A DNA stretch of 30,995 nucleotides from Infirmifilum sp. (GTDB lineage Archaea; Thermoproteota; Thermoprotei; Thermofilales; Thermofilaceae): NCBI GenBank assembly GCA_041287245.1, contig JBEULP010000002.1, forward strand, positions 1 to 30,995, in the 5' to 3' direction. Of the stretch, positions 1 to 8,572 are shown piece by piece. The notes beneath the pieces are model-generated. The model was given only the letters and a program-made list of their open reading frames with translations, was not told the origin of the DNA and did no database searches. The translations under genes and the position numbers were made by a program. Every line of letters starts with the position of its first letter. Position 1 is the stretch's first letter.

Positions 1-316
1 TGTCACGTACACGAAGAGTATGGGCACGAGGTGTTTAACGTATGCCGGAAAGATCATCGAGTGGGTTAAGCGTGTATCTCAAGAGGAGGGCAAGGCTACT
101 CGAGCAGCGGGACGCCCAGCTCCGAGAATTTGCCGCAAGGATATCACAGCGCCTCGGCCCGTGCCGCGTGCTTCTCTTCGGGTCCCGCGCCAGGGGCTCT
201 CAGCTGCCCTACAGCGACTACGACGTAGCAGTGATAGTCGAGAAAACAGGGACAAGATAGCGCTTACCGAGGAGCTCCCTCTCGAATCCATAACCCCTTT
301 TGTTGAGGGCAGGTGA
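1..316 (+). pseudogene. 3' end of a probable HEPN-domain gene entering from upstream; the frame stays open to 316 across the MNT remnant
   Basis: The frame from position 2 reads VTYTKSMGTRCLTYAGKIIEWVKRV, resembling the last helix of archaeal HEPN proteins. It overlaps an MNT ORF and the 5' part lies outside the window. Confidence 0.5.
42..316 (+). pseudogene. Minimal nucleotidyltransferase (MNT antitoxin), truncated or frameshifted
   Basis: LFGSRARG...SDYDVAVIV is the GS-x10-DxD NTase motif. The ORF stops at 260 after 72 aa, and a plausible continuation (DKIALTEEL...) lies in another frame near 250. Confidence 0.7.
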
Positions 317-355
317 GGAAAAAGAGAAAAATATTTTTTTAACGGGGGGTTACGG

Positions 356-1747
356 TCAACCCCCTCCCAGGTACTCCAGGTGGTCCCTGTAGGCTGCGAA
401 GTAGAAGTTGTGCTCCCCAGACGTGGCGAAAAAACTCCACAGGTAGGCGTTCGCCTTGATCCTCACCGCGAAAAGTAGGGGTTCGATCGCGCCCATCTCG
501 GCGTAGCCGCCCATGCTATACTCCACCGCCCCGCTGCCGTCGTACGACGTTAGGCCCCAGCGCCACAGGGCAGCCGACAGCACGGAGCGACCGTAGTAAC
601 TGCTGTACGCAGTAGTGTAATCGCCCTCGTACGTGACTTGCGGTAGCATGCCCGTGGTGTACGTCACCCCAGGCGGGTAGCTTATAGTGATGCTGATCTG
701 CCCATCCTGGCCGTATCCCGTAGGAGAGTAACCGACGACGCGCTGGTCTCTCCAGATGCTGGTTTGGGCGTCCAGCACGGCCCTGCTTGGCTCGACGACC
801 CAGCCTAGAAGGCTCTTCACCGGCAGGCTGTACCCGCTCCACGTCTTGGCGTAGTGGCCATTGAGGAAGACGAGCCACTGCTTGGGGTTCGGGTACTGGG
901 AGTTCGCGCAGTTGGTGCAGTACGCCACCTTGATGTAGACATAGGTCTCTCCCACCTTCCCAGCGCTGCCGGTTATCGGGTAGAGCGCGCTGTCCCACTG
1001 CCCGATGTGACTGTACTGCTCGGTCTGCATGAGTGGCATGGGCTGCCCCCGCGGGGCTATCGAGAACAGGGTTTTCTCCGCGGCAGGGTTGTTTACTCTG
1101 GCTACGCCCCCGCGGAGCCCCTCGTACCTCTCCCTCAGCAGGCCTCTCACCGCCTTGCCCAGCTCCCGCTTGTCGCTGTAGGAGGACGCCGTGTACGATG
1201 CGCCGACCCTCCCGCCCTTCAGCGGCCACGTCTCAACCAGGACGAGGTTGAAGCCCGGCGCGCCCGGCCTCACCACCCCGCCCTCCTCGTAGACAGGGTA
1301 GAAGGCGACTATCGGGCCGCGGCGGGGCTTCTCCCCAACCCTCACAGGCTCGACGAGGGCTGAGAGGAGCTCTCCGAGCGCGTCAGCGCCGGGCTCCGCG
1401 ACCAAGAGGAGCCTGCCCGAGCGGATTAGCGCCTCCACCACGCTACGGTTCGACCTGACTGTTGATAGCGCGTCATGTCCGAGTACAACAAGGTCGTAGC
1501 CTATGGCGTCCAACGCCCTCCCGGGAGGGAGGACCCTGATCTCCCTGACGTCCAGGGAGCTTGACAGCTGGTCTGCGAGTAGGGGGTCTCCGCTCACCAC
1601 CGCCACCCTCCACTCAGCCCTAAACGGCCTATCAGCCAATTGAAGAGGCGGAGGGGGGCTCGGGTGGAGGAGCAGGGGTACCAGAGCTAACAGGAAGGCA
1701 AGGCTGATAAGAAGGGCCAGCCCCAACTTCCCGTGCTGAGCCGGCAA
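356..1747 (-). CDS. Hypothetical secreted or membrane-anchored protein, 463 aa
   Basis: TTG start, N-terminal hydrophobic helix then a poly-Pro linker, and a Y/G/S/T-rich C-terminal half. An (AT)n TATA-like tract lies upstream at ~1778-1790. Confidence 0.8.
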   Translation of the reverse strand: MPAQHGKLGLALLISLAFLLALVPLLLHPSPPPPLQLADRPFRAEWRVAVVSGDPLLADQLSSSLDVREIRVLPPGRALDAIGYDLVVLGHDALSTVRSNRSVVEALIRSGRLLLVAEPGADALGELLSALVEPVRVGEKPRRGPIVAFYPVYEEGGVVRPGAPGFNLVLVETWPLKGGRVGASYTASSYSDKRELGKAVRGLLRERYEGLRGGVARVNNPAAEKTLFSIAPRGQPMPLMQTEQYSHIGQWDSALYPITGSAGKVGETYVYIKVAYCTNCANSQYPNPKQWLVFLNGHYAKTWSGYSLPVKSLLGWVVEPSRAVLDAQTSIWRDQRVVGYSPTGYGQDGQISITISYPPGVTYTTGMLPQVTYEGDYTTAYSSYYGRSVLSAALWRWGLTSYDGSGAVEYSMGGYAEMGAIEPLLFAVRIKANAYLWSFFATSGEHNFYFAAYRDHLEYLGGG

Positions 1748-1879
1748 TTATACCACTAATTTATTCTCTGACAAGCCCATATATATATATCGGTGTTGGG
1801 CCTCGTATAGGCGCCTCGTCTTAACCAGGTAGCCTGGTGCGTCGATGTCTTTCTAGATTAGCCCGGTGACATCCGCCAG

Positions 1880-2016
<137 letters not shown>

Positions 2017-2031
2017 TGGATGTCTGTAAGA

Positions 2032-2039
2032 TTTAAATA
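2032..2039 (+). promoter_or_regulatory. TATA box for tnpB
   Basis: TTTAAATA ~22 nt upstream of ATG 2061, consistent with a leaderless transcript. Confidence 0.5.
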
Positions 2040-2060
2040 CTATGCTTTTTAGGTTCGATT

Positions 2061-2740
2061 ATGCCTCTCCCAGGTTTGGCCACCCGTGAGGGGGGTCACG
2101 TCCTAGTGGGAACCTTGAAGTTAAAGATGACGGTTCCGCCTAAGGACCTGGGGGAGGTCGTCAGACGATATGCTGAAGCGAAGAGATTTGTCCTAGGATG
2201 GCTCTACGAACACAAGACCACGAAGCCCGCCGACGCCCACCACTACAAGACGCTGGCTGAGGAGCTACAGGGGAAGTACCCCAGACGCTGGAGGGAGAAC
2301 GAGAGAATACTACGCAGAATCAGACACTTCCACAAGAGGGCCAGAAACATCCTGCTAGACTCTGCAAGGAAAACCGGCAAGTCCGTCGCCGAGGAGGCGG
2401 AGAAGCTCGGCGCCAACGCCGTTGTCCTTGAGGACTTGAACAAGATGATGAAGCAGGTGAAGAAGCTGAGGAAGGAGCATAGGGACAGGCTATACCTCAT
2501 GCAGTACAATAGGATACAATGGTGGATAGCATGGCAAGCCGCGAAGCACGGTCTACAAGTCGTCTACGTGGACCCTAGGGGCACTTCGTCGACCTGCCCC
2601 TACGACGGGGCGAAAATGGTTGAGGTTGGGCATAGGACCCCTTCCGTTGCCCCAGGTGTGGCTAAACGGACAACCGCGACTTAATCGCCATTAAAAACCT
2701 GTATGGGAGGGGTCTCCGACCCTCTCAACTGCCCCCTAAT
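2061..2740 (+). pseudogene. tnpB: TnpB RNA-guided endonuclease pseudogene (internal deletion, frameshift, nonsense codon)
   Basis: RuvC-II VVLEDL and [12 protein letters not shown] are present. The Zn ribbon FRCPRCG and Ruv[14 protein letters not shown] follow in a shifted frame from ~2641, with a TAA at 2663-2665. The RuvC-I region is absent (junction ~2240). Confidence 0.9.
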
Positions 2741-2830
2741 GCGGGATGTAACCCCGAACTAAGGGGGAACCCCCGTCCTGGAACCCTCGCCCTTAGGCGG
2801 GGAGGAAGTCAGCTTCCAGTGACAGTGGGG
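2705..2830 (+). ncRNA. Putative omegaRNA/reRNA of the tnpB element (scaffold to 2812, guide from flank 2813-~2830)
   Basis: Stem-loops overlap the tnpB 3' end and the right end, matching established TnpB reRNA architecture. Boundaries are approximate. Confidence 0.55.
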
Positions 2831-2838
2831 TTTTTATA
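2831..2838. promoter_or_regulatory. TATA box (TTTTTATA on +, TATAAAAA on -)
   Basis: Lies ~25 nt upstream of ATG 2864 and also reads as a TATA box on the minus strand. Confidence 0.5.
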
Positions 2839-2863
2839 CACGCGCCTGTATTATTCCCCGGAG

Positions 2864-3724
2864 ATGGCGAGGTCTAGGGCTGCTCTAAGGAAGATGCTTA
2901 TAGAGCTGTTGAGGGAGGATGAGGAGTTCAGGCTTGTAGCCGCAGGGTACCTTGGAATTGACGAGACCTTGAAGGCGATAAAGGCGACGCAGGAGGAGCT
3001 TGCCAGGCTTAGGGAGGACTTGCTCGCAGCCTTCAATAAACATGACGAGGAGCTCGCCAGGCACAGCGAAGAGATGGCGAGGCTTCGGGAGGACTTCAAC
3101 AAGCTACACGCGGAGTTTAACAGGAAGGCTGAGGAGGACTCGAAAAGGTTTGCCTCTATAGAGGCTGAGCTCGCTAGACTTCGGGAGGATTTTAACAGGA
3201 AGGCTGAGGAGGACTCGAAAAGGTTTGCCTCTATAGAGGCTGAGCTCGCCCAGCTTAGGAGGGACATGGTTGAAGGGTTTAAGCGTCATGACGAGGAGAT
3301 CGCCCAGCTTAGAAGGGACATGGTTGAAGGCTTCAAACTCCTCGAGAGGCATATCTCGGCGCTGGGGGCGAGGTGGGGTGTCATGAGCGAAGAGGCCTTC
3401 AGGCAGGGGCTTAAGGGTCTGCTTGAGAAAAGCTTTAACGTCAAGATTGAGAGGTGGAGGGACTACGACTCAGAGGGCCTTGTCTTCAGGAGGCCAAGCG
3501 AGATAGAGGTGGATGTAGCGGTCAGGGATGGCCAGGTTATTCTCATGGAGATCTCCTCTCACGTGAGAAGGTCGGACGTCTACAACTTTAAAAACAAGGC
3601 CGATTTCTACGCGAAGAGGACTGGTACCCGGCCCTCTCGGCTTATCATGGTGACTCCCTACGCGGATGAGGATGCCTTGAGGGCAGCTGTTGAGCTAGGG
3701 GTTGAGATGTACACAGGTGTCTAG
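2864..3724 (+). CDS. Coiled-coil protein with C-terminal PD-(D/E)XK-like domain (DUF3782-type)
   Basis: N-terminal LLREDEEFR..AGYLG, heptad repeats, LGARWG..EEAFR, and EVDVAV...MEISS. ATG 2864 is preferred over GTG 2819 because of TATA spacing. Confidence 0.85.
   Translation: MARSRAALRKMLIELLREDEEFRLVAAGYLGIDETLKAIKATQEELARLREDLLAAFNKHDEELARHSEEMARLREDFNKLHAEFNRKAEEDSKRFASIEAELARLREDFNRKAEEDSKRFASIEAELAQLRRDMVEGFKRHDEEIAQLRRDMVEGFKLLERHISALGARWGVMSEEAFRQGLKGLLEKSFNVKIERWRDYDSEGLVFRRPSEIEVDVAVRDGQVILMEISSHVRRSDVYNFKNKADFYAKRTGTRPSRLIMVTPYADEDALRAAVELGVEMYTGV
3116..3333 (+). repeat. In-frame tandem duplications with 75-bp and 54-bp periods
   Basis: 3116-3174 is identical to 3191-3249 (FNRKAEEDSKRFASIEAELA). 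3247-3279 is nearly identical to 3301-3333 (AQLRRDMVEGF). Confidence 0.95.
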
Positions 3725-3860
3725 CTCCGCGGGCTGTCTGCGAACTTGGCGTGTTAGCCCCATCCCACGTGTTATTCCCTAAAGCCGGATCGGCATGAAC
3801 CGTGTAGAATCTTAAGGCTCCGCCACATTACTAGGATCTAGACTTTGACCAAAACGAGGC

Positions 3861-3894
3861 AAGCCTCGCCCCTTTAGGGCGGGGAAGAGGTCAG
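3861..3894 (+). mobile_element. Orphan IS200/IS605 right end
   Basis: AAGCCTCGCCCCTTTAGGGCGGGGAAGAGGTCAG, with the same hairpin and TCAG terminus as 2781-2812 and no tnpB upstream. Confidence 0.8.
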
Positions 3895-3912
3895 AAAGGT
3901 GCTGAAAGCTCT

Positions 3913-4015
3913 GGAGCCCCGCCTGAGACCATAAGGGTGGTGACTTAGTGAGGCTCGCACGGGGGTCTATGCTTCAGGGACTGCGTGCCTCGTCTCAGGA
4001 AGGATAAACAGCTCC
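3913..4015. ncRNA. Candidate structured non-coding RNA (nested stems)
   Basis: GGAGC 3913-3917 pairs with GCTCC 4011-4015; CCTGAGAC 3922-3929 with GTCTCAGG 3992-3999; GAGGCTCGCA 3950-3959 with TGCGTGCCTC 3982-3991 (9/10). No long ORF covers it. Confidence 0.45.
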
Positions 4016-4196
4016 CCCTTTATCGGGTTTAGCGTCGTGCTCCGCAGAGGAACGTGAACACCCCTAGATTTTGGGAATGTTAATACGGGAACCTCGGAAC
4101 GAGAGCTTCCGAGGGTGGATGGTTACGTGAAGGCACTTTTTTCCGCAGCCCGAAAATCTTTAAATGCAAGTTACGGCTCTATTCTTTCGCTTTTTA

Positions 4197-5159
4197 ATGA
4201 AGTATGTCTTCGGGCCTGTACGTTCCAGGAGGTTGGGTAGGAGCCTAGGGGTTAATAACATACCGTATAAGACCTGCACATACTCCTGTATCTACTGCCA
4301 GCTAGGCAGGACTGTAAGCCTAACCGTTGAGAGACGGTTCTTCTACGACCCCGAGGACATTATCGGCGAAGTTGTAAGGTTTATAGGCGAGGCGGGGAGC
4401 CAGGTCGACTACATAACGTTCGTGCCAGACGGCGAGCCTCTCCTAGACCGCGGGTTAGGCCGCGAGATCCGGGGGATCAAGGAGAGGGTGCAGACCCCCG
4501 TGGCTGTTCTGACAAATACTTCCCTATTATTTTACGAGGACGTGAGGAGCGACCTCCTTGATGCAGACCTTGTCTCATTAAAGGTGGATGCCGTCACTGA
4601 AGGGGTTTGGAGGCGGGTCAACAGGCCGCACCCCTCCCTGAATCTTGCGAGAATCTTGGAAGGGGCTAGGGAGTTTGCCAGGGCGTTCAAGGGGAAGCTT
4701 ATAACCGAGACCATGCTCGTAGAAGGCTTCAACACGAGCACGGAGGAAATGAGCTTAATAGCAGAGCTGGTCAGGGAGCTTAACCCCTGGAAAGCCTACC
4801 TAGCCATCCCTATAAGGCCACCCGCCGAGAGCTACGTCAAGCCTCCGCCGCCCGGGAAACTGGTGGAAGCCTACGTATCCTTCTCCTCAAAGCTAGGCAC
4901 TCGGGTCGAGCTCCTTAACATCCCAGAGCCCCCTGAGCTCGCCGTCCACGGGGACGCCGAGAAGTGGCTTTTAAACCTGGTTTCTGTACACCCGCTCAGG
5001 CTAGAATACGCTATCGAAGCCCTCTCAGGCGCCGCTGAAGAACCCGAAAATCTTCTGGAGAGGCTGGTCGAGGAGGGAGAGATTGAGATAGTAACATACC
5101 TGGACAATAAGTTTGTCGTAAGGGCTTGGAGAAAGTCCACTCATCGACAAAATCAGTGA
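4197..5159 (+). CDS. Radical SAM Fe-S oxidoreductase (COG0731-like)
   Basis: FGPVRSRRLGRSLG followed by CTYSCIYC (CxxxCxxC) and DGEP. Start chosen at ATG 4197. Confidence 0.9.
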   Translation: MKYVFGPVRSRRLGRSLGVNNIPYKTCTYSCIYCQLGRTVSLTVERRFFYDPEDIIGEVVRFIGEAGSQVDYITFVPDGEPLLDRGLGREIRGIKERVQTPVAVLTNTSLLFYEDVRSDLLDADLVSLKVDAVTEGVWRRVNRPHPSLNLARILEGAREFARAFKGKLITETMLVEGFNTSTEEMSLIAELVRELNPWKAYLAIPIRPPAESYVKPPPPGKLVEAYVSFSSKLGTRVELLNIPEPPELAVHGDAEKWLLNLVSVHPLRLEYAIEALSGAAEEPENLLERLVEEGEIEIVTYLDNKFVVRAWRKSTHRQNQ

Positions 5160-5258
5160 GCCCTTGGGGCGCGAGTCGAACCTCCATACACGGGCGAGAC
5201 TCTCCACTACGGGTATTAGGGGCGCGCTTGTCCGGGTGGTAAATAATTTAATTTAAGA

Positions 5259-5546
5259 ATGTTTTCCGGAGTAGAGGTTGTGGTTAAAGGGTTGTGGAGC
5301 TTCATAGCTTCGAGAGGAGGCCCTCACCTGTTTTCCACGAAACCACGCCCTACCCATGGAGGCTCGGAGGGTAGGCGCCCCCATGGGAGGGCGCGTCTAG
5401 GCCTTCCCCTAGCCCTGATAACCCCAGCCGTCTCAGCCCTTCTCGCATACCGGCTCCTGGATTTCGAGCCCCTAAAGGTAGTACGGGTTGAGTATGCGGG
5501 GAGGCTCGTGAAGGGAGAGAGGCAGGCGCCGACGATAACCGTCTAG
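5259..5546 (+). other. Short ORF or possible gene remnant of unknown origin
   Basis: 95-aa ORF after an AT-rich tract, with no recognisable motif, just upstream of a degenerate IS end. Confidence 0.25.
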
Positions 5547-5634
5547 GAGAAGAACCCATCGGGCGCGGCAGCCCCCGGGATCACAGCTCAATATAGGTTA
5601 TTAGCTTCTCCGAGAGTCCGAGACCTAGCCACGG

Positions 5635-5663
5635 GAAGTCTCGCTTTCTAGGGCGGGGGTCAG
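5635..5663 (+). mobile_element. Degenerate orphan IS200/IS605 right end
   Basis: GAAGTCTCGCTTTCTAGGGCGGGGGTCAG: a decayed hairpin with a shortened spacer before TCAG. Confidence 0.6.
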
Positions 5664-5737
5664 CTTGAGTGGCTAGGATGTTTTGGAGCCAGGCGTTACA
5701 TCAAGCTTTATAATATTGCTTTCACTGAGAAGAACGG

Positions 5738-7657
5738 GTGCGTGGCGTGCTCACCGCTTGCCCCAGAGACTGCTACGACACGTGCCTAGTAGAGGCTGAC
5801 CCAAACACCCGGGACGTGAAGCCCAGCCCGGCTTCTCCCACTACAAGGGGCTTCCTCTGCCCCAGGGGTCGGGCTGACTGGTCTAGGGTTTTCTCGCGGG
5901 ACAGGGTGCTGTACCCGCATGTCCGCGAGGGCGGGGGGTTCAGGCGTATCACCTGGGAGGAGGCTCTAGGGATTGTTGCGGAGAAGCTCAGGAGCGTGCT
6001 TGAGGAGTATGGTCCTAGCAGCGTGCTCCACGTTGAGTACGCGGGGAACATGGGGCTCCTCACATGGTACTATCCTTTGAGGCTCTGGAACAGGATCGGG
6101 GCGGCTAGGACGGACTGGAGCATATGTAGCAAGAGTGGGCACGAGGCTTTGTCGTTGCATTATGGGTTGAGCTACGGGAGGCTCCCCGAAGAGATGCTCA
6201 GCTCGAAGCTGATAGTATTCTGGGGGTTCAACGCTGCAGTAAGCGCAATACACCTCTGGAGGCTTGCCGTCGAGGCACGGGAAAAGGGGGCATTTCTAGT
6301 AGCTGTGGATCCGAGGAGGAGCGAGACTGCTAAGAGGAGCGACCTGTGGGTCTCGCCGCGGCCTGGTAGCGACGTGGCCCTCGCATACGGGGTTGCTTAC
6401 CACTTGATAAAGGAGGGGCTCGTGGATCTCGACTTCATCTCGCGCTATACGCTGGGCTTTGAGAGGTTTAAGGAGGAGGCTCTCGGTTGGACACCTGATA
6501 GGGTTGAGTCTGTCACGGGGGTTGGAAGGGAGATTGTGCGGAGGCTGGCACTGCTGTATGGGGAGTTGAAGCCCAGCTTAACTTTGATTGGGTTTGGAGT
6601 TCAGAAGCGGTATTCGGGGGCTGACGTGGTGAGAGCCGTCTCGCTACTACCAGCCATGGCGGGGGTTCACAGGGGTTTCTACTACTCGAACAGTAGGGGC
6701 TTCTTCGTGAATCTTTCCAAGCTTACCCTAGAGGACAGGTATAATCCTTCGCGCGTCGTGAGCCAGGTAGCTCTACCCGACCTGGTTGAGCGCGGGGAGT
6801 TCAAGTTTATATTCGTATACAACTCTAACCCCCTTCTAACCCTCCCCGGTAGCGACAAGCTCCTGAAAGGGTTTACGAGAAGCGATGTGTTCGTCGTTGT
6901 ACATGAAACCCACTGGACGGAGACGGCTAGGGCTGCAAGTGTGGTCTTACCTGCCCCCACGTTCTACGAGAAGAGGGACGTCGTAATACCCTACGCCCAC
7001 AACTACGTCGTTTACTCGGAGAGGATCATAGACCCTTTAGGCGAGTCTAGAGACGAGGTCTGGCTCACGTGTAGGCTTGCGGAGAAGCTGGGCCTAGAGG
7101 ATATTTGCATAAGCGTGGAAGAGGCTCTCCGGATTGCTCTAGAGGGGGGGTTAGAGGGCAGCTTCGACGAGCTTCTCAAGGGAAGAGTCTTGAGGCTCAG
7201 GTATCGCCGCCTAGACGAATACCAAACCCCGAGTGGGAAAATAGAATTCTACTCTACCAGGGCTTTGGAGCTCGGGCTCGACCCCCTACCGCGCCTGGTA
7301 GAGGATGGTAGCGGCTTCACGTTGCTTAACTCAGCTCACCCGCTCTACACCCACACGCAGTTTAGGGATGTTTACGGGCCTATACCGGCTGTTGTCCATA
7401 TCAGCGTGGGCGACGCCGAGCGGGTCGGCTTATCGCAGGGCGAGATTGTGGAGCTTTATAATGAGAGGGGCAGCGTAGAGGTTAAGGTTAACGTTACAAG
7501 TGACGTACCGGAGGGTGTGCTCTGGTGCCCCCGTGAGCTCGTCGGACTGAACGGCGTCCCGATGAATGTCCTGGCTCCGACCGAGAGGCAGGGGATCGGC
7601 GGGGGACCTGTATTCAACTCGATAAGGGTTTTCGTCAGAAAGAAGAAAAGAGGCTAG
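5738..7657 (+). CDS. Molybdopterin (Mo/W-bisPGD) oxidoreductase catalytic subunit
   Basis: N-terminal CPRDCYDTC...C 4Fe-4S motif, VDPRRSETA, PGSDVALA, TPSGKIEF and a C-terminal MGD-binding domain. No Tat signal. Confidence 0.92.
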   Translation: MRGVLTACPRDCYDTCLVEADPNTRDVKPSPASPTTRGFLCPRGRADWSRVFSRDRVLYPHVREGGGFRRITWEEALGIVAEKLRSVLEEYGPSSVLHVEYAGNMGLLTWYYPLRLWNRIGAARTDWSICSKSGHEALSLHYGLSYGRLPEEMLSSKLIVFWGFNAAVSAIHLWRLAVEAREKGAFLVAVDPRRSETAKRSDLWVSPRPGSDVALAYGVAYHLIKEGLVDLDFISRYTLGFERFKEEALGWTPDRVESVTGVGREIVRRLALLYGELKPSLTLIGFGVQKRYSGADVVRAVSLLPAMAGVHRGFYYSNSRGFFVNLSKLTLEDRYNPSRVVSQVALPDLVERGEFKFIFVYNSNPLLTLPGSDKLLKGFTRSDVFVVVHETHWTETARAASVVLPAPTFYEKRDVVIPYAHNYVVYSERIIDPLGESRDEVWLTCRLAEKLGLEDICISVEEALRIALEGGLEGSFDELLKGRVLRLRYRRLDEYQTPSGKIEFYSTRALELGLDPLPRLVEDGSGFTLLNSAHPLYTHTQFRDVYGPIPAVVHISVGDAERVGLSQGEIVELYNERGSVEVKVNVTSDVPEGVLWCPRELVGLNGVPMNVLAPTERQGIGGGPVFNSIRVFVRKKKRG

Positions 7658-7662
7658 TTTCG

Positions 7663-7956
7663 CTATTTCTCTCCAGCGATCTCCTCGACTTCCCTGGCGC
7701 CAGCTTCAAGCTCTTTAACTTGTTCGGGGTCAAGCTTCTTTAATAGCGTGAGAAACTCGCCGACATGTGTTTTCTCCTCTTTTGCCACGTCCAAGAAGAC
7801 TTTTCTTACTAGGGGGTCGTCAGATGCGCTTGCAAGTTGGACGTAGAGATTTATGGCGTCGAGCTCAGCTATGACTGCTAGGCGGATAGCCTCCGCAAGC
7901 TCGTCACGTGTGAAGCGCTTGCCCGGCGGCAGTTCAAGCGGGTTTTTTCCAAGCAT
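7663..7956 (-). CDS. Stand-alone encapsulated-ferritin-like (Flp/EncFtn) protein
   Basis: IRLAVIAELDAINLY...EEKTHVGEF...LDPEQ closely resembles the EncFtn domain fused to encapsulin in Pyrococcus. ATG at 7956. Confidence 0.85.
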   Translation of the reverse strand: MLGKNPLELPPGKRFTRDELAEAIRLAVIAELDAINLYVQLASASDDPLVRKVFLDVAKEEKTHVGEFLTLLKKLDPEQVKELEAGAREVEEIAGEK

Positions 7957-7987
7957 CAATGTAATAGCAAGGTACAAGTATTTAACC

Positions 7988-8449
7988 CTACTGCTCAAAT
8001 ATCGGTATCCAGGTCAGCCGTCCCTTAAGCGCAAGCTCAGCTAAAAGCTTCGTGGAGCGAACAACATCTGTCCTACGGGCTATCTCCTCAAGCCTAATCC
8101 AATCCACGGCTAGGGCGTCACCCCCAGGCCTGAGCTCGCCGCTCAGTGTCGACGTGTCGAAAAGCACGGCTAGCAGGACGTAGTGGAACCTTACCTTCCC
8201 CGAGTCGCGCATTATAATGTTTGATATGAAGGCGACGCCCAGAGGCTCAGCCTTTAAGCCGGTCTCCTCGTAGAGTTCACGCGACGCCGCCTCTGCTATT
8301 TTCTCTCCTGACTCTATAGCTCCACCCGGGAGTGCCCAGAGTCCCTGCCCGGGCTGAGAGCCTCTCTGGACTAGGAGTAGCCTGTCACCGCGTAGGAGTA
8401 CTGCGCTGACACCTGCAATGGCGTATCTAGGGTATTCACGTGCAGCCAT
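7988..8449 (-). CDS. NUDIX hydrolase
   Basis: Nudix box GGAIESGEKIAEAASRELYEETGL. Confidence 0.93.
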   Translation of the reverse strand: MAAREYPRYAIAGVSAVLLRGDRLLLVQRGSQPGQGLWALPGGAIESGEKIAEAASRELYEETGLKAEPLGVAFISNIIMRDSGKVRFHYVLLAVLFDTSTLSGELRPGGDALAVDWIRLEEIARRTDVVRSTKLLAELALKGRLTWIPIFEQ

Positions 8450-8572
8450 CTGGACGCACTGGTTAGATCGCGCCCGCGCTTATGTGTATTTTGATTTTCC
8501 ATCAGTGTGGTGTTCTCAAAGAATGCTAAAAACAATGATATGTTTATAATTCTATAGGTTGTCTTAGCTTGT

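Noticed and set aside
516..1363. Alternative ORFs 516-1229, 854-1363 and 1033-1251
   Set aside because: GC-rich shadow frames of the 463-aa gene with no motifs
3116..3333. Possible CRISPR array
   Set aside because: The repeats are in-frame coding duplications without unique spacers
4197..5159. Wyosine synthase (taw1) assignment
   Set aside because: It has the FGPV.SRRLG.SLG type N-terminus, and the Taw1-specific features are not recognisable
5157..5230. tRNA-like GGTTCGACTC on the minus strand, plus a GGGGCGCG direct repeat
   Set aside because: No T-stem pairing or cloverleaf can be built
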